Source: Yuukianura sp. NJ FZ-2021
Taxonomy: Eukaryota
Direction of reading: 5' to 3'
NCBI GenBank assembly: GCA_046563655.1
Contig: CM102286.1
Span: 3,100,001 to 3,164,000 of the forward strand
Length of the DNA stretch: 64,000 bases
Shown here in pieces: positions 1 through 12,712 of this stretch; position 1 is the first letter of the stretch, and each line of letters starts with the position of its first letter. The notes below the pieces were generated by a model. The model was not told the DNA's origin. It saw only the letters and a list, made by a program, of their open reading frames with translations, and ran no database searches. The position numbers were made by a program, and so were the translations under genes.

Positions 1-548
1 CATTTTTTGTATAATGACTAATGTTAATGCTTTTTAGCTAACTTCCAAAAATAAGAGTCATTTTGTGTTTGAAGGCTAACTGTACTGCTACGTCTAAAGT
101 TGAATACTTAATGGATTCATTGACACACTTCCTAATGGCTCGTCCTAAGTGATGGAGGTGGCTTTGGAGCCTTGTGAATTGAATTTGTTTTCATCAGTTT
201 CCAAAATTTCTATAGACAAAGTGTTGTCCCACAAGCACCTATTGCCTATCACCAGTAGATAGCTTTTTAACACAATTTAATCATATTTGTAGCACCCACA
301 TTTTCAATAAATTCCACAGTTCACCACACATCTGATCAACTTTTAGCCTAAAATGTAAATAAAAACATATCTCACGAACCTTGAAGATTTACAATAGAAA
401 GTTGCAGAATAAACGCCTACTGCCTAAAATTTTGTGACCAAAGTTTTGTCCATACAGACTGAGAGTGATTTTGGATCAAGTTAGTTTTTCAACAACTATA
501 AAAAAAAAGTAGTGAAAAAAGAGCAACAAACTTCCCAAATTGAAAACA

Positions 549-3359
549 ATGAGTTCGACTAAATTAGAACCAAGGCGAAAGGCTCGGATGCTATTGGTAA
601 CTAAAAATACTGCCGCCATTGACATCCCTAATAGTAGCTACAGTAGTAGCGACGGTAAGTAGCCGGATTTTATTCATCACTCATTAATTATCTTAATTCA
701 TTTGTGGAATAATTTTTTTTTTGTGTTGTATGCAAAGATGAAGAGGATTCAGTAGAAATGATCCCAGCGACAGAGGAGATGTACTTGTTCAATGTGGCTG
801 CTTCTGGTGACATTGAAAAGTTAAAACAAATTTTAAATACGGACGGAATGCCGCCTTCAGGAATTAGCAATTTAGTGGCTCAAGTGCTGTCAAATGACAA
901 AACCAGGAAGAACAGAAATGTTCTGCATCTGGCCGCTGGATTTCAAGGTAAAACTAATTTAACTCACACTTAAAGTGAAATTTGAAAGATAAAAAGTGTA
1001 TTCTCTTTTGCAACACTTTTTTTTAGTTTTGTGCAAAATCTTTTTCAGGGGAACCGTCATGCGCAGAAGAATGCGTCACCCTGATATTGCAGTTTCTTAA
1101 AAGCCAAAATACGTTGGAATCAGAATTTGAAACTTTCATTAATGCGGCTGATGACGATGGAGCAACTCCTTTGTACTTAGCCGCCAAATATGAAAATATG
1201 GGAGCCTGTAAAGTGCTTTTAGGTGGCGGAAGCGATTTAGACAAACCGTATGACTTATGACATTTCGAAACAACTTACGATTAGTTAGCAAAATTCAAAA
1301 TTTCAAAATACTAAATTTGGATACCCACCTTTAGAAACAAACAAGGAAAAACTCCGATTATGAAACTGTTTAAGAAAATGCCAAGCGTCATTGCAGATCT
1401 AATCAGTGAAAGAGGTGGGCTGAGTTATTATGTTGACGGAGAGCGGCAAATTGTAAATCTTCATTTTCGGTATAAAACAAAGAAAAATTTTGCCAAATTT
1501 TAAAATTTACTGCAGAAGTTTTTAAAGAAAAAGTTATTTGCAGGTCGATGATCTCCATTCCAATGGAAGCGGACATTTTGAAAAAGTCTCCTGGACTGTA
1601 CCGCGAAATGGACTTACTTTCAAATTTGTCATATACACCAATTGAACAACGCTACAAAATTTTAGAGATCACGCATGTCAAAGCATTAGTTTGGATCAAA
1701 TGGCAACACTACAAGTGGTTGTTTTGGTTGGCAAGAGCGTTTCAGGTCAGATATGAAACTTATTAAATTTAATTTCCTAAATAAAAAATTTGAGAATTTT
1801 CAAATTCGCATTTTTTACAACTCCGCAAAATTTTCTTCTCTTTTTAGATCTCATGGTTTCTACTGTACATTACATACCTCCTAACATTGTACCGAGTACA
1901 ATGTCCGTTTCCTGGAAGCAGAGTTTACAATTTTAGTTGGATTGCTTTGGAACCGTCTTCTTCCTATTTCAATTACTCCGCAGCTCATACTCAATCAAGT
2001 AAAAAAGTTAATACGCATATTCAGTGTAAAAATTCGTTTAAAAATGAATGATTTATTTAGTTTCCGAGCGTAGCTGCGCAACTCCGACTTTGCAAATCAT
2101 GGGATGGCTACTTATGATTAGCGCCGTTGTGGACGTTTTATTAATTGAGGGCTACCCAACAATTGTTCGATTTCGTAGAAAATGGTTTGCAGTCAGAAAG
2201 TGGACTTTCAAAAATACGGTGAAGCAAATTATTTCGCTATTTCGAATATTGCACATGGAAAAGTTGACGTTTCTGTTATCCATAATTATTACAACTATGC
2301 CAATCAACTTTAACACCGATTTTGTGAGCCCCGAAGCCCAATATGTCTTTGCATCGGTATTCCAAATTATTCTACAAAACAAAATTCTAAGTCGACATTT
2401 AGAATTATACGGTGAAATGTTGATTTTGTTTGACTTTTTTTTAGCTTGGAATGTTCCTAGCTTGCTTCCATATTTTTCTCCAATTGGGAAAATTTCCACA
2501 ACTGAAGGGATACATCAAAATATTTACAAATGCAAGTTTTACGAAGTGACCAAACTTTGTTGAAATTTTATCTCTTCAAAAATTTTATTTTTTCAGACAC
2601 TGACCACCCTCTGTATTGTTCTGCTTCTTTATGGATCTTTAATTTTTGCTTTTGCAATGGTTTTCTGTATTTTACTTCCGGGGGTAATTTCCTTTGCATC
2701 AAAATTGAATTGAATATTTTCTATTTTTTTGAAAAAAAGCAACGAATTTTTCCATTTTTGAAAAAGAAATTCTTGTTTTCTGTTTGTTTTTGAATTTAGG
2801 AGGTTACGTATGCATCACCATTTGAAGCATTATTTCGCGTATTTACATTTACTATTGGAGAAGTTGATTTTGAAGCAACATTTTATGGTGAAGAGGCGTC
2901 GCCACCAGCATCTTTTGTCGTTGCTATTTTGTTCTTCGGAAGTGCAATTGTCGTACTGCACATTGCACTTTTAAATTATCTCATTGGGCTCACAATTAAT
3001 GAACTCCGGGTAACGCATACGTTTAAAATTTTGAAATTTTTCAATTTGAAAATTTGTCATTTCCTGAATTTCAGGAAGTTTGGAAACAAGCAACTTTGTG
3101 GAAGACGTATACTTTCCTGTGGCAAATTTTCCTTTGTGAAACTTTTATTTCCAATTTTCCGTTTTCCGTTTTCCAAAAATTTTTGTACAAACGGATGGTT
3201 CTGAGGTGCAAGTATGAAACAGCTGAAGATGCGGAGAAAAGTAGTAAAAAGTGTTTCTATAAAACCAGAATGGACCAATTGCCTAAATATATTCGACATG
3301 AAATTAGAAACCTGAATCTTCCATGGATCCCAAAGAGTAGTAGTACTGCCAGCATGTAA
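549..3359 (+). CDS. TRPA-like (painless/pyrexia/water witch-type) ankyrin-repeat cation channel, multi-exon
   Basis: ATG 549, first donor GTAAGT at 655. Ankyrin-like exons (LFNVAASGDIEKLKQIL, NVLHLAAG, DDDGATPLYLAAKYENMGACKVLL). HVKALVWIKW pre-S1 motif. Pore/S6 segment SPFEALFRVFTFTIGEVDF...IVVLHIALLNYLIGLTINEL. Stop at 3357-3359. Internal exon boundaries are approximate. Confidence 0.75.
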
Positions 3360-4659
3360 AACTTGTAAACCTGCAATGGACAAAGTGACATTGAAAATAA
3401 ACGTTTATACTCACAATTTTTTTCACACCTATGAAAACTAAATAAAAATGCGTGATGCTTGCAATTACTCCATCAACTCAACTCTAGTGTTCAAATTTTT
3501 TACGGTCAAAGTCTCAAAGTCATATTCAATTTCATTTGTTTGTTTTAAGATTACCAATTTCTCTGTAAAGCTTTGTCGCTTTGTTCAGATTTGGTTCGTG
3601 ACCGTTTCAAATTTCTAAATTGGTCGTCTTTTTTAGAACAAAGGGAACAAGAGTTATATTTCTTTGTGTTGAAAAGTCATTTGAAACAGAAGTGTTTTAA
3701 ATTTAGAGCAACCTTAGCACTAACTTATGGTGTCGCTGCACTTAAAAAAAACAAAATGCTTTGTTAAACACAACAGAATACAAATCTAAAAATCCAAGGT
3801 ACTTTTGTCCTAGATAGCAAAAAACGACAAAGTGGAGCCGTTGGGGATTTTTGTACTCGGGTTGTGCAAAGGACTTTAGAATTTGCGATGTCTGCGAACA
3901 TAAACTTTATACTCTATGCAGATAATAGTAAAAAGTTAAGGTAGTCCTTATGGACTACCCTAGCAGCTGATAATTATTATCCAAGATGGTCTTCCTAAAT
4001 TGCGAAATTTGCTAATTTATACCAATCTTTCAATCTTTTCCTAGAAAAGCTGAAAAAGTTTGCAAAAACATGACAAAGTTAGGTACCCGTCTGCAAAAAT
4101 TTCTCTATGTGCCAAAATTCACCAACGAATAAACTCATTTTTTCGTCCAGGCAGGAGATGTAGACCGGGTACCTCGAAAAACATGATCCGGAATTTTTTG
4201 CGTCTCTTAAGCTTACTGACACTTCAGGGTGTAAAATGAATATAATGTGTGCAAGAATGAATGGGTTTTGCACAACGAAAAGCTTACAAAAACTATTAGT
4301 GGGTAACTTAATCCAATGTTGAAGGAAATCCGTTCAAGGCAACGTGCAAAAAATTTGCTGAATCATAACCTCCGCTGCATGTGGCATCGGAAAAACTTTA
4401 TTTTTATGTAGACGCCAAAAAGTTGCGAAAACAACAAGCCATGAGGTTGGGTGCGAAGCGATGGATGTACTTAAGCAGGTGAAAATCAAGGTGACTAAGG
4501 TTTATGGAATCCAACATAGGCGACAAGAGTATAAAATACGTTTGCAAAAATGCAAATTTTGACTTAAAAAACGATTAGCATTGTACTTGGACTGTCCAAA
4601 CGTTCATAAGGCTACGTGTCTTGGTAATTAGTTTTTAGTCTCCACTTGGTATAGTAAAA

Positions 4660-5338
4660 GGGTCCATGCCAATACATCGAAAAAAAGACATCGAAACGAA
4701 AGACATCGACACAAAAGACATCGACACGAAAGACATCGACAATAGAAACACATCGACAATGAAACACATCGACAAAAAAGACATCGACCAAAAAGACATC
4801 GACAATAGAAACACATCGACACAAAAGACATCGACACAAAAGACATCGACAATGAAAACACATTGACACAAGGGACATAATCCGTATAATTAAATAAGCA
4901 AGGAAGTTTACGTAACCTAAGTGAAAAAAACACTAGTAAAATTTTGAAAAGTCCACCTAAGCCAGACCTAACAAGTGACCCTACCGACGTAATCACTATG
5001 GCGTGCTTTACCAAACCTAACGCCGCGCCTTCGGCGCGGTACCGCAAGCTTACCATACGTCATCAGTATTGCCAGACATATTTTTTTTTTCAAAATTTGA
5101 AGAAGAATACGCAATTTCATTTCCTGGTATAAAAAATAAAATTTCTGTCGATGTCTTTTGTGTCGATGTGTTTCGTTGTCGACGTATTTCTATTGTCGAT
5201 GTCTTTTTGGTCGATGTCTTTTTTGTCGATGTGTTTCATTGTCGATGTATTTCTATTGTCGATGTCTTTTGGGTCGATGTCTTTCGTGTCGATGTCTTTT
5301 GTGTCGATGTCTTTTTTTCGATGTAATGGCGTGCTTCG
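4660..5338. mobile_element. Foldback/MULE-like non-autonomous element with long tandem-repeat TIRs
   Basis: Left arm (4665-4870) is made of ACATCGAC-core tandem units and is the reverse complement of the right arm (5147-5333, GTCGATGT units). Identical 8-bp direct repeat TAGTAAAA at 4652-4659 and 5339-5346. Confidence 0.9.
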
Positions 5339-6775
5339 TAGTAAAATTGAAATTTCGTGACTTGAACGTTAGTTAACAAATGAACAGCTTTGATGACTTG
5401 GAGATTTCAAGTCCATAAAAGGAGTTGCACCAGGCGGAGATGTTTTGATGTTGTTGTTTTTTTTTCCAAGTAGTGGAACTTGTTCGAGACGTCACTGATG
5501 ATTTCATAGTTGTGTGGAAACAAAGACTAAAGTGATGTCATGTGATATCGAGTGAACTTGGTCATGGGGCTCTCCACGCTCGAATCCGTGACGTAGGAGT
5601 CGTTTCTGGGAAATACCCCTATTTGTAAAATTCTAGGCTACGAGTTCAAACTGCATGTTTTTTTGGCTCTCTTTCCCTAAACCAGAGTTCCGCACCGCTA
5701 CGGTACGAAACTATGGTTTCGGAAACATTGATGTCGGAAACATTCTACTTCGCCGTAAAGTGAATGGTATGTATAGCTACTATACATAAAAAAATATTTT
5801 TAATTTCCATAATACAATAATACATAATCAAACATCATACATATATTCTCGAAAGTGTGTAAAATGACATGTATCTTGTTATTTATTATGTATGTACAAT
5901 GTAAGATGTACCTGAATGTTGACCTTTCAGTCAGAGTTTGTTCTACATTTTCTAGCATCATCTATTACGAAAATCATGCTAAAAATTATTTCGGAGTTAA
6001 TTTTCTTTCTAGTTTTTACAAGTTTCTGATGATTATATTTCAACAACGAGTGAGTACCGAAATAGTGAAAAAAATTATATCTACTGTAGGAGAAGTGTCG
6101 AATAGATCCGACTTTTAGTATGGTACGGAGCGTAGGTATGTTAAACCTTCAAATGATTTTGCACGTTTTCAGTGCTACCGCAAGTCTCCCGTTTTACACC
6201 GCGCAAAATATTGACTTGTAAGAACGTTACATTTCACATTTTGTTTACATAAAAGCGAGTCATGGCTCATGGGTGCAAATGTTTCAGAGATATTAGATGA
6301 CTCTGGAGTTAAAAGAAAATTCAGAATCTTTTTAGTACTTGAAACATAACGAGTTGAAATTTACAATAGACAAAAATTAGCTTACAGACATAACAAGTAC
6401 ACATTGTACACTTACTTCAATATATCACATAATGTATACGTGTATCATGTATGCAACACATCGGTACGTTTAAGTAGATGTGTACACATGTATATTGTCG
6501 AATGTAAATTTCAAAATGTTTCATTTTTTGTTTCCTATGCTATGTTTCACTTTAATACCTTAATATTTTCAGAATTTCTCAGCATTTTGGTTTGTGGAGA
6601 AAGCAATTTTAATTTTGCAGTGCGTAAATGTTACCGTAGACCAGTAATTCGGATCTCTACGGTAAATTTAATGGTTTGAAAGCAAAATTGCGGAATGAAT
6701 TCTCGGAAAAACTTTTCGCAGCCAACAAGGGAGGCTACCCCACTTCCGCTCCCCATTTACCCCACTTTGGTTCGT

Positions 6776-6876
6776 AGCCAATCAGAGGCTCGGAAAATGA
6801 CGCACCCTATGTTGAGCTCCACAAGGAAAAAACCACTTGTGTCGTCGGGTGGTTCTTCGATGACTCATATAATAAA
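6776..6876 (+). promoter_or_regulatory. Putative Jun promoter: CCAAT box, CRE-like TGACGCA, AP-1 site and TATA-like box
   Basis: AGCCAATCAG at about 6776, TGACGCA at 6798, TGACTCA at 6861-6867 directly followed by TATAATAAA. A likely non-coding first exon ends near 7106 (GTACGT donor), with an acceptor TTTGTAG at about 7715. Confidence 0.55.
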
Positions 6877-7766
6877 CCCCTCTTTTTGTTTGTTCCATTT
6901 CACTCCCAAATTTGAATCTGCTCAGCTCAGTACCGGATACTTTGGTAGAAATCTTGGTTCAAGTCATCTTTTAGTCCTAAGAAACAACGACAATTCAAAG
7001 GTCAAACCTCTGTGACATCAACAACAACACGTTGCTTCATCTCCTGTGATTTTAGTTTCATTTGGACACCTTTACTGCACGGAATTCACCCAAAAAGTCA
7101 AAAGTGGTACGTTTTTGCAAAAGAATACAAATTTGAATTTGGCGCCGTACTTTTCTGAAAAAGATTTGAAAAAATGCTCACGAAATAGCTTATTTGGGAA
7201 AAATTCTACCTTGAATTCAATCAGCGCGTTTACAATTATCGTCAACCTGTTTAGTTCAACCACAATTTTAAATTTACGTTTCCTTAAAATTTAGCATTGA
7301 GCTCACATTAGGGTAAATTTGACGTACAGTTTCGCACTTCCAAAAATGAATAAGTTTTGTGGTTTTTCCAAAGTCATGTTAGTTTGCTTTTTAAGTGTGA
7401 ATAATTTTGAAAATATTTTTCCTAGAACGTAGAAGGTTTTCTTTTATCTTTTGTCAACAAAGAACTAAAAAGCCCCAGAGCCAATTGTGTACCAAGAGGC
7501 GGCAAACGTAATGCTATTTTAAAATGAATGGCATTACTTCGTGTATTAGATAGTTAATTTCCGCTGGAACTAAGATTAGTTTAACTAGACTCACAAAATT
7601 TCATTGCAAAACTGAAGTAGACACAACGTTAATCGCAATATAAGCTTTACATTCTGCACAACTTGCATAACCATGAGATTCAATTGTTATAATTGTTTTC
7701 TATTTTTCTTTGTAGAGGTTGATACCCACCCGTCCATTTCCGGCCGTTGTTCGTTTTTTAAACAAA

Positions 7767-8609
7767 ATGGAACCCTCCTTCCTCTACAACAGTAGTCAGA
7801 CAATGCAACTAAAGCGGAAGATGACCTTGGACTTGGACACTAACAGTGTCATCAAGAAAACGAAATCATCACTGCACACGCCTAGTGAACTCCTGCAATC
7901 CCCGGACCTCCAGTTGCTCACCATTGGGACTCCAGAAATGGAAAAATTCATTCTCCAGAGCCAGACTTTACAAACACCTAATCTATCCAGTAACTTCTTC
8001 TTCCCAAAGTCAATCTCTGAAGAACAAGAAGTCTACGTCAAAGGATTCTCAGATGCACTGGATCGGATCAAGCAGCAAAGTCAACAACGTTCCATGTACT
8101 CTACTAATCCTAACGTCAACAGCGTCAACGTCAACGTCGTCAAGTATGAACCTTCCATAACTTCCTCATCTGGATCAGCTGATCAAGATGACAATTCTCT
8201 TCTATCTGACATTCCGGAGTCTGAAGATCAAAACTCCAGTTGCTACGAACCATCTGAATCTACGTTCCCCACAGATCCGATCAATATGGAGACGCAAGAG
8301 AAGGCTAAGCTTGAACGCAAGAGACAAAGAAACCGAATTGCCGCTTCTAAATGCCGTAGGAGAAAACTGGAGAAGATTAGTAAGCTGGAAGAGAAGGTGA
8401 ATCAGCTGAAGCGGGAGAATTCGGACTTGTCCGGAGTTATGAACAAATTGAAGGACCATGTAGATAACCTCAAGGAACAAATTATGAAGCATATGAACAG
8501 TGGTTGTAACATTATGGCAGCAGCCGGAAGTAGTGGTTCAGCCAGTGGTCAACCAAATTCCAATACTACTAATGGTAATAACGTTAGTAACAACAACGGC
8601 TTTGCCTGA
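7767..8609 (+). CDS. jun: Transcription factor Jun (AP-1 bZIP), intronless CDS
   Basis: Delta/JNK docking motif LKRKMTLDL; LLQSPDLQLLTIGTPEMEKFI (c-Jun S63/S73 region); EEQEVYVKGFSDAL; bZIP PINMETQEKAKLERKRQRNRIAASKCRRRKLEKISKLEEKV...HMNSGC. Confidence 0.97.
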   Translation: MEPSFLYNSSQTMQLKRKMTLDLDTNSVIKKTKSSLHTPSELLQSPDLQLLTIGTPEMEKFILQSQTLQTPNLSSNFFFPKSISEEQEVYVKGFSDALDRIKQQSQQRSMYSTNPNVNSVNVNVVKYEPSITSSSGSADQDDNSLLSDIPESEDQNSSCYEPSESTFPTDPINMETQEKAKLERKRQRNRIAASKCRRRKLEKISKLEEKVNQLKRENSDLSGVMNKLKDHVDNLKEQIMKHMNSGCNIMAAAGSSGSASGQPNSNTTNGNNVSNNNGFA

Positions 8610-10215
8610 AACACATTGATTTTATGTCTAACTTAAGTTAAATAACTTAACTAAAAGCTAAGTTTAAGTAACCACCATAACCAAGTCTCCTCATGTGACG
8701 ATGTGATGAAAACGGAAGTGTCTTGTCTTTTATTTTATAAAGAAAAACCTTGTTGTTGTGTTTGCTTTAATTTTCTATATTATATTAATTATGTAATGTA
8801 CATTATACATATTCTAGTGAAAACACAAATTAGTTTATATTATATTTGAAAGAATACAGAGAAGCCTATTTATATTAATTTTATTTAGCTGTTTAGTAAT
8901 GAAATTGGACTAAACTATAATGTGGCTTTGTATCTTTCAAAAAAGCAATTTACTTTCTAAAAATTTAGGAAATTAGTTCTAAAAAGTATATAACTTTGCA
9001 AGGCCAGGCTCAAAATTCTTTCAAGTACTATGCAATAAATGACTAAACTAAAAGTAAACACTTGTATTAATTGAGAGATTAAGTTTAATGCGTCAATTTA
9101 CACTGATTTTAATTCTTGTCACATAACTAACCACCATAATTACGCTACTGATTTCATATGCGTCTTTCCAAAAGTGCTTCTGTTTGCTTCAAGCAAACCT
9201 CAAAGCACAAAAGAAACTTTATGTGAGTTACATAATGCAATGCAACTGCGACTTTACCAAAAAATTCTAACTCTGTAAACAATGCAATGTTAACAACAGA
9301 AGTCAGGATAACCACAACGCTAGCAATTTCTAATTTTAGCTGTCAAGTTATAGCCAAATGCAAATTGTCGTTAAAAATTTACATTGACTTCTATTCTTAA
9401 GTTGGAGAGAATTTGTGCATTTATTACGACATTTTAAAATAAATGGAACTTATAAAATTTAAAAAGTTGGAAACAAGTATTATTTTTTTTTGAAAATGTT
9501 AAAGGGCGAGTTTAGGACAAAATATTTTGTCTAAAACGCAGATTATTGAAACCATGGAGCAGAAATCTAATCTTCATCTGCATATTTGTTCCGTTTGAGT
9601 CCCATTGACGTCAGAAATTGCAAAATTAAATTGACATTGACTTTAGCAGATAAGATAAAATTTAGGTGCTATGCGACACTTTAGAGGTGCGAAAAAGAGG
9701 ACGAATGACAAGTGAAAGTCAAAAAAATTGTATTTTATATTTTAGATTCAAAATTTTGAATTTCAAATTATGTACTACGCAGATGCATTTTATTGTGCGA
9801 CTTAATAAAAACAACAGCAGTGATTTGTTATGGCCCTTACCCCTGTATCATGGACGACATAAAATTAAATTTCTCGTACGATTTCAGTTAACAGCATCAA
9901 AACACGATAAAATTTAAAAATTTTGGCGGGAATTACAAACTTGGTGGTTTATTTTCGAAACGTGTATTACGCCTTGTTATTTCTATAATTTGAAGGTCAA
10001 TGACTCCTCGTGCCTCCAGATGAACGCAGCTTAACTAATTAAGTTTTATGCAGTATTTCGAATCAACCCATATGTTTTCGCTACAATGGCACATTATGCA
10101 TCTACTATGCATGGATGATGACAATTCGCTGGAAACAGAATGGCCCCACAAGTATTGTAAAGTTTAATCCATTACAAAATAACGTTAGAGAATTCCTAAA
10201 CTTATCGTAATCGTC

Positions 10216-12573
10216 ATGAACGGAATTTCCTTTGCAGCGGCAATGTTAACCGCATTGCCGTACTTCCTAAGACTAGAAATTGACGAAGTTCGGAACGTAG
10301 ACAGAAAGCAGTTTCGACATGAAGACAAGAAGACCAAAAGATACGATTTCATCGTAGGTTAGTTCGATTAAGTAAAAATATGTGTAGCAAATATGACTTT
10401 AAAAACGGCGGGAATTTTTTAGTGGGAGGTGGAATTGGCGGTTGTGTAGTGGCTGGTCGTTTGTCTGAAAAGTTCAACGTCCTCTTACTGGAAGCTGGAG
10501 GTGAACCACCATCGGGCGCAGAAGTACCCGCATTTCATTCATTCATTGATGCTAACAAGCAAATTAACTACGCCTACACTTCTGTACCACAGGAAAAAGC
10601 CAACAACCGCGTAAGAATTCAAACCAAAATTTTAAAAACTTCGAAAAGTTTATTTCAGTTCATTTTGGCACAGAAAATTGGAGAAGTCCAAGGAAAAATG
10701 CTTGGTGGAAGTGGATCTTCCGGAGGACTCATCTACAGCAGAGGCCATCCGTATTTTCAGAATTTTTTTTTGAAAGTTTTTTTTTTACTCCAAAAATTTG
10801 AAATGCTTTAAAATTTTGATAATGTTGTTCTTATTTTAATTTAGAAAAGATTATGACAACTGGGCAAGAATGACAAAAGACCATAGTTGGAAATACAGCT
10901 CGCTGTTAAAATATTTCAAAAAAGCTGCTACTTACCACGGAACATGGCCGCAGGGGTGTAAGTTGGCGCGTTTTCTATTCAAATTTCGTTCACAATTTGT
11001 TTTCCGAAAAAATTTTGAATTTGTAATTCGGATCTTTTCCTTGCATCAGCTCATCATGGCAGTAACGGCCCAATCCATCTTGTTACCAGCACTCATCCAA
11101 TTGTCCCACTCTGGCTAGAGGCGGGAAAAGAATTAGGTTATGAAACAGTCGATCCAAACGCACCACAGCGGGAAGGTTTAATATTTCAAAAACTTAACAT
11201 TTCAAAATGAAGGAGTTCAAGAAATATTTTCTTCACTGAATCTGGTGTGCTTCTGTTACAGGATTCAGTCCGGCAGATGTCATGCGCGAACATGGCCGAC
11301 GCATTAGTACTTACAATACGTACGTCCAACCTTACATGACTTGGAGAGAGACATTGACCGTCCTCCGATACGCTTTTGTACATAAAATTTTGTTTCGCGG
11401 CTCACATGCCAGGGGAGTTGAATACATCCGACATGGAGTCAAACTAAAAGCTTACGCTACAAAGGAAGTTATAATTTCCGCAGGCGCATACGCCACTCCA
11501 CTGCTTCTCTTCAGGTCCGGAATCGGACCGGAAGAAGTTCTTGCAGCGGCAAATATAAAACAGCGAGTACATCTTCCTGTTGGCCGAAATCTGCAAAATC
11601 ACCCGGGTGTTGTACTTGGTCCATTCAGTGTAACAGATCCATCCAAACTTTCAAATGTTAACAACAATTTGACCGAAGAGGACTTTAAACTGTACTTAAA
11701 AGGGAAGCGGGGAACGGTAATGTCAGAAGCCGGTTTAGGGCCAATCGCTTTGCTGGTTTCGCCATTGGCAAAAGCCAGAGGAGAATCTGATTGGCCCGAT
11801 TTTCAATTTGTTCACGTAGCAACAAACTTCGCGGGAAAGGCTCCAAATGAACCAGTGCCTGCGAATCAGTTCTTTTTGATTGCCTTCGTCGGTCGACCGG
11901 AATTTAGTCATCAAAATCTAGGAAAAGTAACTCTGAACCCATCAGCTTATGCAAATAGGTCAACTAATAATGCAGAACTGGCTGTAATCGATTTCAAATT
12001 TTTGGAAAGCGAACAAGACTTTGACGTTTTGAAATACGGTAACAATCGACTTTTTTTTTAATTTCACAGATTAGTGAGCAAAAATTGGCATAGGTTTTAA
12101 AACAGTTTTGAATGTTTAAACTGTTTTAATTTCAGCGTTGAAAACTGGCCTTAAAGTGTTTAAAACCGAACCGTTCAAAAAGATTGGAACAACTTATATC
12201 AAAGACGCTGAATGTGGGCGGAGTCACAGCGTTCACAGTGATGGTTACTGGCGATGCTACATACGATCATATGCACATACGTTTTACCATCCAGCAGGAA
12301 CTTGCAGAATGGGTTATGGCAAAAGAGACAAAAATTCAGTTGTAGACTCTAAATTACGGTAAATTTAACACTCAAATTCAAAAAAAAAGCTGGAAACTTA
12401 GAAAAACTTTAGTTTAAATTCAGTCCTATTTCAGTGTCCTTGGAATCACTGGACTACGTATCGTAGACGCATCAGTTATGCCGCAAGTTACAAATTCAAA
12501 CACAAACGCTCCAGTTATTGTCATTGCCGAAAAGGCATCAGCTGATATTTTGGAAACGTATGATTCAGACTAA
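10216..12573 (+). CDS. GMC oxidoreductase (glucose dehydrogenase [FAD]-like), multi-exon
   Basis: [24 protein letters not shown]-binding motif, [81 protein letters not shown] at 12571-12573. Confidence 0.95.
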
Positions 12574-12712
12574 AAATATTCATCTTGAGCAGTAATAAAA
12601 ACAAGTATAAGTCCACAAAACTACAATTTAAATTAACATTTCAGTTGAAAAGATTAAAAAAATGTAAATCCAGCAAAGTTTTTTTTGGTTTAAATATTTT
12701 CGGTGGCAGTTT

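Noticed and set aside
3940..3963. Hairpin GGTAGTCC-TTAT-GGACTACC followed by CTAG as a Helitron 3' end
   Set aside because: Spacing to CTAG is atypical and no matching 5' end or second copy is visible.
4612..5376. CRISPR-like array or real ORFs (MSFVSM/VDVF repeats)
   Set aside because: Units are contiguous with no unique spacers, form inverted arms with a TSD, and the context is eukaryotic; the ORFs are by-products of the repeat.
5698..6135. Possible degenerate MITE with TCGGAAACATT repeats
   Set aside because: Terminal inverted match is too weak and there is no TSD.
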